Positions 45,497-55,643 of a stretch of DNA of 64,000 nt are shown here, one piece after another. Numbering within the stretch: position 1 is the stretch's first letter; every line of letters begins with the position of its first letter. The stretch lies in sequence record OZ335963.1; one strand, written 5' to 3'. The notes beneath the pieces were generated by a model that was not told where the DNA came from, made no database searches, and saw only the letters and a list, made by a program, of their open reading frames with translations. The position numbers were made by a program, and so were the translations under genes. The DNA comes from a phage.

Positions 45497-47316
45497 TATT
45501 GGCTCATCCATTCTTTACGAAGGTCAGCATTATCTCCCATGAGCATTTCAAAAAGCTCTTTCCAGTTCTCAGGAAGTTTAACAACATCATATACTGGGTT
45601 TTGAATCATCTCACGATATTCAGATTTTTCCAAAGAGCCAAGTCCCTTAATATAACGGATGCTATGTTTAGGTAGAGCATCTTTGGCACTCTCATATTCA
45701 GCGACTGTATAAAACCATTCTTGTTTTTTACCGACCTGAGCGATGATTACAGGAGTTTTGACGAAGCGAATTCTTCCTTGTTCAAACAGTTCTGGCCAAT
45801 TACTAAAAAATCCGAGCAGAGAAGGATAAATGCTTCCTAGACCATCATGGTCAGCATCAGTCATAATAGCAATATTATGATAATTCAAGTTTTCAGCCTT
45901 TTCACCAAGAACTAATCCAGTGATTGCGCAAATATCAAACAGTTCTTTGTTTTTAAGCATATCAGCATATGACATACCCCAACTGTTGAGAACTTTACCA
46001 CGTAATGGATAACCACCATGAAGTTCTTTATCACGAACATCAATAAGATATCCGATAGCAGAATCACCCTCAGTCAAGAAAAGAGTCGTGTCAGCGTCTT
46101 TACCACAAAGATTCGCTTTAATATGTTTATGAACCTTAGCTTTAGAAGCCTTTTTAGCTGCTTTAGTTTCTGCTGCCTTTTCTGCAGCCAATTTACGAGC
46201 CAAGGCAGCTTCAATAATTGGCATTAAAATTGCTTCATTATTTAAAATAGCGCGTGAAATCTTTTTAGCATCAAGCTGAATATGACTACGAATTTCACCA
46301 AATGGAGAAGTCAAACGCTCTTTAGTCTGAGAATCAAATCGCATGTTTTTCATATCACGAACAAACATAACGATAGTCAAACATTCTTTAACACGTGCTT
46401 TAGTTACATCAATTTTGAATTTACGTTTGATTTGTGGAATAAGGTCTTCACAAATATCATCCATAACACAATCAATGTGATGGCCACCATTCTTAGTATG
46501 AATGTTATTGACGTATGTTAATTGACGAAAACCATCCGGTGAACGACCAACCGCAATAGAACAATTTTCTTGTTCTTGAACAATAGCATGCTCATCATAT
46601 TGGCGTGCATATTTCTTAAAATTACCCTGAACCTTTTTACCATTAAAGGTAAATTGAATATCAGGATAAACTACTGCAAGTGTCTGGAGACGATCCAGTG
46701 TAATGTCAAGATAAACTTGAGATAGCTCATTAGTTTCAAATGACATAAAATCAGGAATGAAAGTAACGCGAGTTCCTTTCCATTTTCCAGGAATATCTTC
46801 CCATGATTTATTTTCCATGCCATTTGAACAACGAACTACAATATTATTTTGACCGTCGCCAGTTTCACCGACAAACATCACAGAAAAAATGTTAGTTAAA
46901 CTAGAGCCAACACCGTTCATACCGCCAGTGACGCGTTCTTTATCATCACCAAAGTTACCACCTGCTTTTGGAATAGTCCAGGCAGCAACAGGACCAGGAA
47001 TTTCTTCACCAGTAGGTGTTTTAACCATCGCTTGTGGAATACCACGACCGTTATCTTCAACTGTTACTTGATTGTTTTTAATAGTAACATTAATTTTATT
47101 CGCGAATTTAAACTTAGTACGAATACCTTCATCTACTGAGTTATCGATAATTTCATCAATAAGCTTAACAAGACCAGGTACATACTGAACACTTTCCCAT
47201 TTACCAAACAGAAAGCGCTCATGCATTTCATTAGCAGAAGAACCAATGTACATGCCGCTACGCTTTTTGATATGTTCAATATCGCTCAGAATTTTAATTT
47301 CATTCTTAATCATCAC
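45496..47316 (-). CDS. 39: DNA topoisomerase II large (ATPase) subunit gp39, uninterrupted, 606 aa
   Basis: GHKL ATPase motif VEDNGRGIP; a single ORF covers what is split between genes 39 and 60 in T4. Confidence 0.9.
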   Translation of the reverse strand: MMIKNEIKILSDIEHIKKRSGMYIGSSANEMHERFLFGKWESVQYVPGLVKLIDEIIDNSVDEGIRTKFKFANKINVTIKNNQVTVEDNGRGIPQAMVKTPTGEEIPGPVAAWTIPKAGGNFGDDKERVTGGMNGVGSSLTNIFSVMFVGETGDGQNNIVVRCSNGMENKSWEDIPGKWKGTRVTFIPDFMSFETNELSQVYLDITLDRLQTLAVVYPDIQFTFNGKKVQGNFKKYARQYDEHAIVQEQENCSIAVGRSPDGFRQLTYVNNIHTKNGGHHIDCVMDDICEDLIPQIKRKFKIDVTKARVKECLTIVMFVRDMKNMRFDSQTKERLTSPFGEIRSHIQLDAKKISRAILNNEAILMPIIEAALARKLAAEKAAETKAAKKASKAKVHKHIKANLCGKDADTTLFLTEGDSAIGYLIDVRDKELHGGYPLRGKVLNSWGMSYADMLKNKELFDICAITGLVLGEKAENLNYHNIAIMTDADHDGLGSIYPSLLGFFSNWPELFEQGRIRFVKTPVIIAQVGKKQEWFYTVAEYESAKDALPKHSIRYIKGLGSLEKSEYREMIQNPVYDVVKLPENWKELFEMLMGDNADLRKEWMSQ

Positions 47317-47382
47317 TTATCCTCGTTTGGTTTCGGGAATATTATACTCCGGTAATCATAAAGCTAAAGGCCCGAAGGCCTT

Positions 47383-47655
47383 TTATTTAAAACGGATAGT
47401 TGAATCCTTGAAGAATAGACCAGAACATACGGTTCCTTCTACTTTCTGCCCGGTAGGTCCAATAGCGCGAAATCCAGTATGTTGGAAATCATTTTCAGAG
47501 CAACCGAACCAATTATATCCAGTGATTTCAATATTAGTAAAACCGCTTGAAGACAAAACTTTGGTTGCATTATCAGCATCAGTACATCCTACTAAAGATA
47601 CTGCTAATACTAATGCCGCGATAGAACGATTAACATATTTCATAATTTCACTCAA
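47383..47655 (-). CDS. putative lipoprotein, 90 aa
   Basis: Signal peptide with lipobox LVGC. Confidence 0.5.
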   Translation of the reverse strand: MSEIMKYVNRSIAALVLAVSLVGCTDADNATKVLSSSGFTNIEITGYNWFGCSENDFQHTGFRAIGPTGQKVEGTVCSGLFFKDSTIRFK

Positions 47656-48019
47656 ATTTAATGGCTTGAAGGAGACTAATAATTCTCAAGCGGCTTCTTT
47701 CATCTTTAACTGTAAAAGAAAGAGGATCGCCAGATTTCATAGTGATAGTACATTCAAAATCAAAATCTTCAGGAACTTCTTCGAAGAAATCAAATTCTTC
47801 ATCATAAATTAGAACATTACTCTGAAAACTGTGAAGAATTTTTCCATCATTTCCAGATGCTGTACTAATCATTGTAACATTATGGCCTTTCATATCTTCA
47901 ACGATAAATTCGCTTGTAGATATTACGGCATTAATAGAACCATTCCTATAAATAGAAGAAAGTAAATATTTCTTTTCTTCACCTTCACGAATGCGATATT
48001 TCTTACCGATTTTAAACAT
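47648..48019 (-). CDS. hypothetical protein, ~123 aa
   Basis: Listed ORF starts on a GTG; first ATG is at 48019. Confidence 0.45.
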   Translation of the reverse strand: MFKIGKKYRIREGEEKKYLLSSIYRNGSINAVISTSEFIVEDMKGHNVTMISTASGNDGKILHSFQSNVLIYDEEFDFFEEVPEDFDFECTITMKSGDPLSFTVKDERSRLRIISLLQAIKFE

Positions 48020-48021
48020 AA

Positions 48022-48198
48022 TCACCCTTTAAGTAAGTCGTAAAAACCACCATTCACATGCTTAGGAGCAGAAGGCCGACGAGTAGACAGACGATGACAT
48101 TTAGGGCAAACATCATTTTCTCGTTCAGAAATCTTTTTAATTTTTTCATATTTATGGCCGCAATCTTCGGATTGGCATTTATAATCATACATTGGCAT
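48022..48198 (-). CDS. zinc-ribbon protein, 58 aa (below ORF-track cutoff)
   Basis: Hand translation MPMYDYKCQSEDCGHKYEKIKKISERENDVCPKCHRL... with two CxxC pairs. Confidence 0.4.
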   Translation of the reverse strand: MPMYDYKCQSEDCGHKYEKIKKISERENDVCPKCHRLSTRRPSAPKHVNGGFYDLLKG

Positions 48199-48200
48199 AA

Positions 48201-48620
48201 TTATTCCTTAAAGTGAGCTTTCAACATCTGGTACAAGGACCATGCCTGTTCATTATTTTCAATAGTAACTTTCATGACAGGAAATGCTGTGAAATCTTCT
48301 ATTTGTTCTTGCTCTTCCTGCTCTTGCTCTTCAGCTGCCTGATATGGATTTTCAACTTCATTAAAGAATTCAGCTTCATTCGATGAAAGCCAAATAAAAT
48401 CTTCATCCAAAATATCTTTACCAGAAGATAGTACTAAATTTCCAGCAAATGACATAATTTTAATAGGACGCCCAAGAGCATCCACATCTAAAATTTTAAA
48501 AGGATGCATACCTAAACGGCGTGCATAGATTCCGTTATCAGTATGGTCTTTAATAAAATTTTCTTGAGCTTGTTTATTTTTAAATTGATACCATTTATTA
48601 ACTTCAAATCTAATAGCCAT
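48201..48620 (-). CDS. hypothetical protein with acidic Glu/Gln repeat, 139 aa
   Basis: ORF with [10 protein letters not shown] stretch. Confidence 0.5.
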   Translation of the reverse strand: MAIRFEVNKWYQFKNKQAQENFIKDHTDNGIYARRLGMHPFKILDVDALGRPIKIMSFAGNLVLSSGKDILDEDFIWLSSNEAEFFNEVENPYQAAEEQEQEEQEQIEDFTAFPVMKVTIENNEQAWSLYQMLKAHFKE

Positions 48621-48835
48621 TAATAAATTTCCTTCCAGTAAGTTGTGCCGTCTTCAGTGATTTCACGGAATACACCGTAAATTGGCTGTTTATCACCAAT
48701 CTTTTCGTACACATAAACCGAAGTCAAGTGAGTAAACTTAACGGTGTGTTCCTTTTGAACTACTACCAAATCTGGATCGAATAACACATCTTCAAATTCG
48801 TCATTAGTGCAGTTCTGAACAATTTTACGTTTCAT
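48620..48835 (-). CDS. hypothetical protein, 71 aa
   Basis: ORF in 39-dexA interval. Confidence 0.45.
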   Translation of the reverse strand: MKRKIVQNCTNDEFEDVLFDPDLVVVQKEHTVKFTHLTSVYVYEKIGDKQPIYGVFREITEDGTTYWKEIY

Positions 48836-49006
48836 TACAATTTCCTCATTAATTGAACATTGGAGCGATGCGTTTCAGAAGAGTGGCAGCACCTTTGGCA
48901 AATTTTCCATTTTATTCTCCAAGTTATTTTCTGTATCAGTAGTTGATATTGATATAGTACCATAATCAACTACTGATGTATATAGTTTTATGAAAAAATT
49001 TAAACT

Positions 49007-49504
49007 TTATGCATAGCGAGCTTTGCTATAGTGTTTAATCCAACTTTCAGGAATGACTTTGTATGTTCCTAAAAATACCGCATTGTACAACTTAACGCCA
49101 TCTTCTACCCATTGATCGGTAATGTATGCACACATAGCGCGAGTACGATGTTTTTGAACAACCCCTTCTTCGTCTTCGGTAAATTCAAATTCATAAGGAG
49201 CGACGAACTTAATAGCTTGACCGAGTTTCCACTTAAAGTCTACACCTACATGCGAAGTATCAATCGTTTCAATTCCTTTAGCAGGAACAGCTTTCAAAAA
49301 CGCAGACTCAAGAAATTTCGCACGAACATAGCCAAACTGGGGTTTAGACTTTCCATCTTTAGGAATGATACGCACTTTTACTTCAGAATCTTCATCTTTA
49401 ACACCGTGTTTAAGCTGAATGCTTACAATTTCAACCAATTTTCCTGCTGCTTTAGAACGGGATTTATCAGATACACGAGCAATTTCACCAATATTAATAA
49501 TCAT
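49007..49504 (-). CDS. hypothetical protein, 165 aa (possibly MotB-like); paralog of next ORF
   Basis: C-terminal CAYITDQWVEDGVKLYNAVFLGTYKVIP is shared with 49581..50120. Confidence 0.5.
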   Translation of the reverse strand: MIINIGEIARVSDKSRSKAAGKLVEIVSIQLKHGVKDEDSEVKVRIIPKDGKSKPQFGYVRAKFLESAFLKAVPAKGIETIDTSHVGVDFKWKLGQAIKFVAPYEFEFTEDEEGVVQKHRTRAMCAYITDQWVEDGVKLYNAVFLGTYKVIPESWIKHYSKARYA

Positions 49505-49580
49505 AGTTATCTCTCACTTGTTAAAAAGATTTTATACTCCACAGGACCATTATACTCTGGTCCCAAGAGTTTGTAAACTA

Positions 49581-50120
49581 TTAATTCAAAATAGCTACCA
49601 CTGCACTACGAGGTACTACGCTAAAATCACCTGCATGAACAACGTTCAGGAGTTCAACGCCATCTTCAATCCACTGGTCTGTTACCCAACCACAGACCGA
49701 AATAAATGGAGTCTTGATAGCTACTGCACGAGTCAAAAGGTCAGTAGGATCAACTTCTTTGAAGAGGATAATCTCTGCTTCAAAGACTATAGTTTTAATT
49801 ACTTCATCATTATCTAAGCGTTGTGCTCGAATCACGTAAGCTTTATTCTTATCATACCAATTACTTTTTGAAAAACTTTTAACCACAAACTCGCCTTCAC
49901 CAAAAACACTAGTCAATGCTTTATAACCCAAATCTAGTTCAGTAGTTTTAATTTCAGTTTCAACCAGTTTGTAGATTTTGCCGATTTCAATAGCGGTAGT
50001 CATAGTAGGTTCCTTAATTTCCAGTGGTTTAACAGGGCATACATAAGTGCTTACAACATCAAAATCAATCAGTTTAGCTACCGGATTTGGTGTGTATTCA
50101 GGATTATAATTAAATTTCAT
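49581..50120 (-). CDS. hypothetical protein, 179 aa; paralog of preceding ORF
   Basis: C-terminal CGWVTDQWIEDGVELLNVVHAGDFSVVP is homologous to the 165-aa neighbour. Confidence 0.5.
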   Translation of the reverse strand: MKFNYNPEYTPNPVAKLIDFDVVSTYVCPVKPLEIKEPTMTTAIEIGKIYKLVETEIKTTELDLGYKALTSVFGEGEFVVKSFSKSNWYDKNKAYVIRAQRLDNDEVIKTIVFEAEIILFKEVDPTDLLTRAVAIKTPFISVCGWVTDQWIEDGVELLNVVHAGDFSVVPRSAVVAILN

Positions 50121-50122
50121 AA

Positions 50123-50662
50123 TTATCTCATTTCAATAAAATCTATAAGTTCAGCATGGGATTTACGGAACATTACTTGATGTCCGCCAATGATAACTTG
50201 GTCATCTGGCACTTCGTATACAGCAAGATAAAATCCTTTAGAAGATAATTCTTCACGCTCTTCTCGTGTGAACCATCTCATCATATCATATTCGCTAGCG
50301 AAAGCAAAATGATAAAGACCTATAAACCATCCTGGAATATGATATTCTACTCCAACATAATCTTTCTTGAACTTAGTATTAATTACTATATTAGCGTTTT
50401 TAACTAATTGTTTATCTTCATGTGGTACAGGAATTCTTTTATTATCCTCATTATGATGCATAAAATTAGGTCTACTATAACCTACACGTAATAGCCACTC
50501 TTCGCTCCATGAATCTATTATACTCCTATATGGTGTTATTTGAACACAAAGATTTCGACGTATTGTTATAGCATCTTCACAATCAAGAATACTAAACGAT
50601 GATTCAACACGATAAATTTTCATTTTATTATCCTCAGTAGCTATGGTGTTATAATACCACAA
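50123..50662 (-). CDS. hypothetical protein, 179 aa
   Basis: ORF with early-promoter-like sequence upstream. Confidence 0.5.
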   Translation of the reverse strand: MWYYNTIATEDNKMKIYRVESSFSILDCEDAITIRRNLCVQITPYRSIIDSWSEEWLLRVGYSRPNFMHHNEDNKRIPVPHEDKQLVKNANIVINTKFKKDYVGVEYHIPGWFIGLYHFAFASEYDMMRWFTREEREELSSKGFYLAVYEVPDDQVIIGGHQVMFRKSHAELIDFIEMR

Positions 50663-50686
50663 CTAACCGAGGAAGTAAACAACTTT

Positions 50687-51370
50687 TTATCGTTTTGTTG
50701 GAAGAGACAGAGGATCGCACTCTTCCTCTGACGGAGCATCTTCAAGACCCATAGCATATCGCAAAGCATACTTCATCATCAGGATGTCTTTCGCACAATC
50801 ATGAATAGAATCATGCGCAACGAATCCGTCTAAAGTTCCCTTTGGAAGAGGACATGTGGTCATATCACGAACAAGCAGAAGTGCTTCAATTCTGGTACGA
50901 ATATCACGCTGATTCCAGAATTTACATGGTTCTAACTTAAATGTATCAAGCTCATTCTCAGAAACGCCGTTAAAACGTTGAATATCGCGAATGAGATCAA
51001 CTAAAATTGGAAAATCAAACGACATTCCACGGCACCAGCCTTGAGATTTCCAAGGATCGATGTTATGTGCATTGATATAATCATTAAATTTTACAATACC
51101 ATCGATGGTGCTTACATCTTCATCTGATGGTGCAATATTTTTTCGAGCTTCAGGAGACTGATTTTTCCACCATTCGATAGTGCTTTTAGTAAAAAGACGA
51201 TGTCCTTTTTGACTTTTTAAATCAAATTTGATTTTAATGCCGCGCGAAACTAATTCATCAAATGTTTCAACTACTTCTGGGTTAGGATCAAAGGCAATAA
51301 CAGCTAAGTCAATAACAGCTGCTTTTTCACCGCTTCCCATTGTTTCAAAATCTATAATAAAATCAAACAT
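50687..51370 (-). CDS. dexA: exonuclease A (DexA), ~227 aa
   Basis: From the internal ATG: MFDFIIDFETMGSGEKAAVIDLAVIAF... (DEDD-like exonuclease motif). Confidence 0.8.
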   Translation of the reverse strand: MFDFIIDFETMGSGEKAAVIDLAVIAFDPNPEVVETFDELVSRGIKIKFDLKSQKGHRLFTKSTIEWWKNQSPEARKNIAPSDEDVSTIDGIVKFNDYINAHNIDPWKSQGWCRGMSFDFPILVDLIRDIQRFNGVSENELDTFKLEPCKFWNQRDIRTRIEALLLVRDMTTCPLPKGTLDGFVAHDSIHDCAKDILMMKYALRYAMGLEDAPSEEECDPLSLPTKR

Positions 51371-51623
51371 TAATAATCGCCTTATAAAGATGGCTAATTT
51401 CACCTAAAATATAATCACTGATTGTGACAGTTTTCACTCTACCGCAAAAGAATTCTAACGCAGTCAAATCTCGTTCAATTTCTTCCAATTGAAGCATTAA
51501 CTTACTAGACTCAATTTTTACAGTTTCATAATTTTTACTATAAGATATTTCATAAATTTCGCTTACTTTATCTTGAAGAAGATAAAACTGATCTTTAGTT
51601 ATTTCCACGAATAGCTTCCTCAA
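51363..51623 (-). CDS. hypothetical protein, 86 aa
   Basis: ORF between dda and dexA. Confidence 0.45.
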   Translation of the reverse strand: MRKLFVEITKDQFYLLQDKVSEIYEISYSKNYETVKIESSKLMLQLEEIERDLTALEFFCGRVKTVTISDYILGEISHLYKAIINV

Positions 51624-51855
51624 ATTTAATCAGCAGCTTACAGACACTTTCATCTAGCGTAATTACCGTGTCTGTATTACTATGATATGATTGTTTTTCA
51701 ATTCGTTTAACTGCTAGTATAGTATCACTTATAAGATTAAGCTTATAAAGGAGCTCAGCTCCTGTTATCATAACACTGAGGTTATCTTGCTTATCAGTAT
51801 GCTTCTTTATACCATCTATTAGACGATTTAAATATTTTGAATTGATGTTAATCAT
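51595..51855 (-). CDS. hypothetical protein, 86 aa
   Basis: ORF between dda and dexA. Confidence 0.45.
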   Translation of the reverse strand: MININSKYLNRLIDGIKKHTDKQDNLSVMITGAELLYKLNLISDTILAVKRIEKQSYHSNTDTVITLDESVCKLLIKFEEAIRGNN

Positions 51856-51861
51856 ATATCC

Positions 51862-53181
51862 TCACACATAAAACACATCATAACGACCACGAGTGACACC
51901 AACATAAAGAAGCTGCTGAGCTAGTTCAGCATCTGCATAATGAATACAAGGCGTATAGATGAAAGCACGGTCTACAGACATACCCTGAGCTTTATGGAAT
52001 GTTGATGCAGGAAGTGCTTTCACTTTACTAAACTGTGATTTAGCATCCCAAAAATCACTCCACGGAGCTTTTCCACCTTTATTCCAATTTTTATAAGTTT
52101 CTGCCGTTTTACCTAAAAATAAGTTAAACTTATACAGCTCTTCATCAGATGAAATTATTTTAATCTTTTCACGATAATATTCATCATCGCCGTAAGTTTC
52201 TACTGTTAAATCCCAATGACGAATTAGATATTCTCCAGAAACACCACGAGCTTTAACAAATGTTGATGTATACTCTGCTTCTATAATACGAACTAATTGT
52301 CCGTTATTAAAAATAATTTCTGACACAGGTTTTCCATCAATTTTATATGTTTTAATTAATGGTTCCTGCATTACAATAATTTCGCCAACGATAAAATCTT
52401 TATCAGTTTCAAAAATCTTTTTGCGAATAATGCTATTTAACTTGTCGACAGATTTATTCGTAAATGCCATTACGCGATTTTCAAACAAATCATCTAGTGA
52501 TTTTACGATTGAAAAATAATTTACCATAAAATCGCGTAAAGCGGTATCACCAGTAAATCCACGTACTCCATGCCCGTCAACAACTTTATCATAAATCCAC
52601 TTACCATTACGAACATCAGTAGCTACATCAATAATAGGAGCATTACTGCGTTTAACTTCGGTGAGTTCACACTGATAAAAATCTTTGTGCGTAAAGAATG
52701 GACTGATATAAGCAGTGTTTTCTCCTGGGTCAACGGGTCTAATTTGCTTATTATCGCCTATTCCAATTATAGTACACCATGGCGGGATAGTTGAAAGCAG
52801 AATTTTAAATAGCTTTCTATCATACATTGACACTTCGTCGCAGATTAATACTCTACATTTAGCTAAATCCGGCACTTCTTTTTGTTCAAAAAGAACGTTT
52901 TCTTCATATGTTACTGGGTTAATTTTGAGAATACTGTGAATAGTACTCGCTTCTTTCCCTGACAGTTTTGAAAGAATCTTTTTAGCTGCATGAGTAGGAG
53001 CTGCTAAAATAATGCCAGTTTCGCCCGTAGATATTAAGGCTTCAATGATGAACTTAGTAAGAGTAGTCTTACCAGTACCAGCAGGTCCATTAATAGTTAC
53101 ATGATGTTTCTTTTCTTTAATAGCCCTCATAACGATGTTAAAGGCATTTTTCTGACCTTCGGTCAAATCATCAAATGTCAT
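51862..53181 (-). CDS. dda: Dda DNA helicase (SF1B), 439 aa
   Basis: Walker A GPAGTGKT and helicase motifs; length matches T4 Dda. Confidence 0.95.
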   Translation of the reverse strand: MTFDDLTEGQKNAFNIVMRAIKEKKHHVTINGPAGTGKTTLTKFIIEALISTGETGIILAAPTHAAKKILSKLSGKEASTIHSILKINPVTYEENVLFEQKEVPDLAKCRVLICDEVSMYDRKLFKILLSTIPPWCTIIGIGDNKQIRPVDPGENTAYISPFFTHKDFYQCELTEVKRSNAPIIDVATDVRNGKWIYDKVVDGHGVRGFTGDTALRDFMVNYFSIVKSLDDLFENRVMAFTNKSVDKLNSIIRKKIFETDKDFIVGEIIVMQEPLIKTYKIDGKPVSEIIFNNGQLVRIIEAEYTSTFVKARGVSGEYLIRHWDLTVETYGDDEYYREKIKIISSDEELYKFNLFLGKTAETYKNWNKGGKAPWSDFWDAKSQFSKVKALPASTFHKAQGMSVDRAFIYTPCIHYADAELAQQLLYVGVTRGRYDVFYV

Positions 53182-53489
53182 CGTAAATTCCCTGCAATTG
53201 GTATACTAACAATACGCCCAGTATCTAAAATTCGCCGATATAATCTTTGTGTGTCTACATCAGGCTTAACATGTTTAACTTCTATTTTATTAAACCAAAA
53301 CTTACGTGGAGTCTCGACTAATCTCGGAATTCCCATACCTAAAGCTAGTCGATACTGATCTTTAAGAGTTGTAAATACTTTATCAGCAATCTCCCTTTCA
53401 AAAAATACAGCAGGACGATGTTCATCAAGCGGAACAGGCACTGCAAATCCATCTTTATCTCTATACACTATCGCATATACATAAAACAT
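53178..53489 (-). CDS. hypothetical protein, 103 aa
   Basis: ORF overlapping dda start. Confidence 0.5.
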   Translation of the reverse strand: MFYVYAIVYRDKDGFAVPVPLDEHRPAVFFEREIADKVFTTLKDQYRLALGMGIPRLVETPRKFWFNKIEVKHVKPDVDTQRLYRRILDTGRIVSIPIAGNLR

Positions 53490-53490
53490 A

Positions 53491-54237
53491 TTATCCTCGG
53501 ATAAGTTTAAAAATTGAACAATTTAGCGGGTATCCTCTTTTCAGTTTAAGTTTATCAATAAAAGACAAGTTTTGATACCGCTCTACACCTTGAATAATTT
53601 TATCACACATATCATATTGCATTTCTGCTTCTGACAACTTTTTCACAGTTTTCCAATCCGAGCCTTTAAGAAGAACGTTCAATTTAACAACTTCAGCGCC
53701 TTCTGCTATACGAGAACCATCAATACGAGCTTTGAGTGCTATAATCGTTAGCTTAACGTCAGAGGTTTGTTTTGATTTAGAAAGCTGAGAAATGTGTTCA
53801 ATTCGGTTTTCACGTTTTTTCTGTATAGCTTTAATTTGATTATAAGTCTTTTTGATTTTAGCCCATTTCTTTTCATCTAAATTTAGTTTATGAACTTTTT
53901 TCGCAGATGAACGACCAATTCGCAAAGCAAATAAATCACGCTTTTCAATCAACTCTTCTAAAGTATAATCAGAACGAAATGTATTGTACTTTTTCTTTAC
54001 TGCAATAACATTCCCTTTAATGTATCCAACGTTATTATCAAAACGTTCTAATGATAATTTCTCTCCTTCAATACGGTTATCAAAAGGTTCTCCCGAGTAA
54101 GCGCAAACTTTCTGATCTAAAATGTTCTTAATGTAATTGAAGTCTAAGTTAAAATCTTTAGAACGTCTTTTAGCAGATGCCTGAGTGTGCTCTAGACGAC
54201 GTGTAATTTTACGAATTTGATTTTTAGACAGTTTCAT
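53491..54237 (-). CDS. srd: Srd-like protein, 248 aa
   Basis: Position between modA and dda as in T4; basic, helix-rich. Confidence 0.55.
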   Translation of the reverse strand: MKLSKNQIRKITRRLEHTQASAKRRSKDFNLDFNYIKNILDQKVCAYSGEPFDNRIEGEKLSLERFDNNVGYIKGNVIAVKKKYNTFRSDYTLEELIEKRDLFALRIGRSSAKKVHKLNLDEKKWAKIKKTYNQIKAIQKKRENRIEHISQLSKSKQTSDVKLTIIALKARIDGSRIAEGAEVVKLNVLLKGSDWKTVKKLSEAEMQYDMCDKIIQGVERYQNLSFIDKLKLKRGYPLNCSIFKLIRG

Positions 54238-54353
54238 ATTTTTCTCACGGACAGGTTAACTACTTATACTATAACATTTTTACTTCAGCTTGTAAACAAC
54301 TTTATGAAAAATGCTTTAAAACTTTCATGGTATAATGAATCTAAGTCCTTCCA

Positions 54354-54956
54354 TTATAGATTAAATCCTTCAAAGTCAAGAGTATAGATAGTGTATGTTG
54401 AATACTTTTTATACTCGTATCTATCCGCAATTCTAAATACACTTCCAGCTGGTATCATTACTTCTTGTTCATCTGAAACTAATTCCATATTACGATAGCG
54501 ATGGCTATCTGGAAACTTAAAACTCGGGCTATATTCTTTACAACGTAGAGCTTTTATAGCATACTCCTGGAAATTAAATACCATAGGAGCTTTGAATTCA
54601 AAAATAACTTGTGTGTTGTATTCTAATCCAGAAGCAAAATGTAGAGCTATATTTTTATCATATGAAGCTGATACTACTTTATCAAATGTAATAATATCAA
54701 TTCCTTGATTTAACACCTGCTTAGTCTCGACTGGAACACCTCTCCAAAGAGGTTTATCGTTTGGAACCAAACGAGATTTGATTATTTCATTTAACCAAGA
54801 ATGATCGTCTGGCTTATTAGTAATACAATGAATTAAAAGTTCAATTTCGGATAAATTAAATCCTTCAGAAAGTAATTCTTCACGAATAGAAGCACGCACC
54901 GATGCATCCATTGATTTGATTTTAAAATCTTTTAATTGCATTGCTGAATATTTCAT
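54354..54956 (-). CDS. modA: ADP-ribosyltransferase ModA, 200 aa
   Basis: 200-aa ORF, first of a tandem pair of related proteins; position as in T4. Confidence 0.7.
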   Translation of the reverse strand: MKYSAMQLKDFKIKSMDASVRASIREELLSEGFNLSEIELLIHCITNKPDDHSWLNEIIKSRLVPNDKPLWRGVPVETKQVLNQGIDIITFDKVVSASYDKNIALHFASGLEYNTQVIFEFKAPMVFNFQEYAIKALRCKEYSPSFKFPDSHRYRNMELVSDEQEVMIPAGSVFRIADRYEYKKYSTYTIYTLDFEGFNL

Positions 54957-55576
54957 TCAACTACCTCAATATCATACACTTTAAATGTTCCAAATGAATC
55001 GTGTAATTTTTCTTTTGAAATAGAAGTTATTTTATACTTTCCAATTGGAATCATCCATTCTTGTTCACGTACAATCATCATTAAGTTATCAGTACGTTCT
55101 GAATCTAATCCATCAGTATCTTCATATGTATACTTAAACTCAGTGTTAGGAGAAGAAAGTATAATATCGCTGATATGGTCAGAATAATTAAAAGCTTTAT
55201 CAGTTTTTAAGCGAAATATTATTTCAGTGGAATATTCAACATAAGAAAAACCGCATGCTGTGTGCAAACTAGTAGTAAATGAATCTACTCTGTTCGTTGA
55301 AAACACTTCTCCAGCTTGTAAATCTTTAATGAGTTCTTTTGTCGATTTTGATATACCACGATATAGCTGATAAGGCGATTTAGTTAAATGCTTTTTAACG
55401 ATTTTATTCAACTGCCGATGAAGAGCTTCATTCTTTTTGGCTTCCATACATTGCCAAAGAACTGACTGTTCAAAGTCAGTAAATTTTTCACAGACCTTTT
55501 TATACATATCATATTGAAAATCGACACTTTCAGCTTTTATAGATAACTGTTCAACATCTGCTAGATTAATAATCAT
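54953..55576 (-). CDS. modB: ADP-ribosyltransferase ModB, ~207 aa
   Basis: Second ADP-ribosyltransferase paralog; GGAGG SD 6 nt before the ATG at 55576. Confidence 0.7.
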   Translation of the reverse strand: MIINLADVEQLSIKAESVDFQYDMYKKVCEKFTDFEQSVLWQCMEAKKNEALHRQLNKIVKKHLTKSPYQLYRGISKSTKELIKDLQAGEVFSTNRVDSFTTSLHTACGFSYVEYSTEIIFRLKTDKAFNYSDHISDIILSSPNTEFKYTYEDTDGLDSERTDNLMMIVREQEWMIPIGKYKITSISKEKLHDSFGTFKVYDIEVVE

Positions 55577-55643
55577 GATAGCCTCCATATACTTCAGAAG
55601 CTATCATATCATTGTTAGGAAGGAAAGTAAACAACTTTTTGAA

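Noticed and set aside
47246-47812. 188-aa plus-strand ORF
   Set aside because: Antisense to gene 39 and two downstream minus-strand ORFs; no RBS.
49112-49817. Two overlapping plus-strand ORFs (154 and 132 aa)
   Set aside because: Antisense to the paralogous minus-strand pair; Phe/Asn/Ile-rich composition typical of shadow frames.
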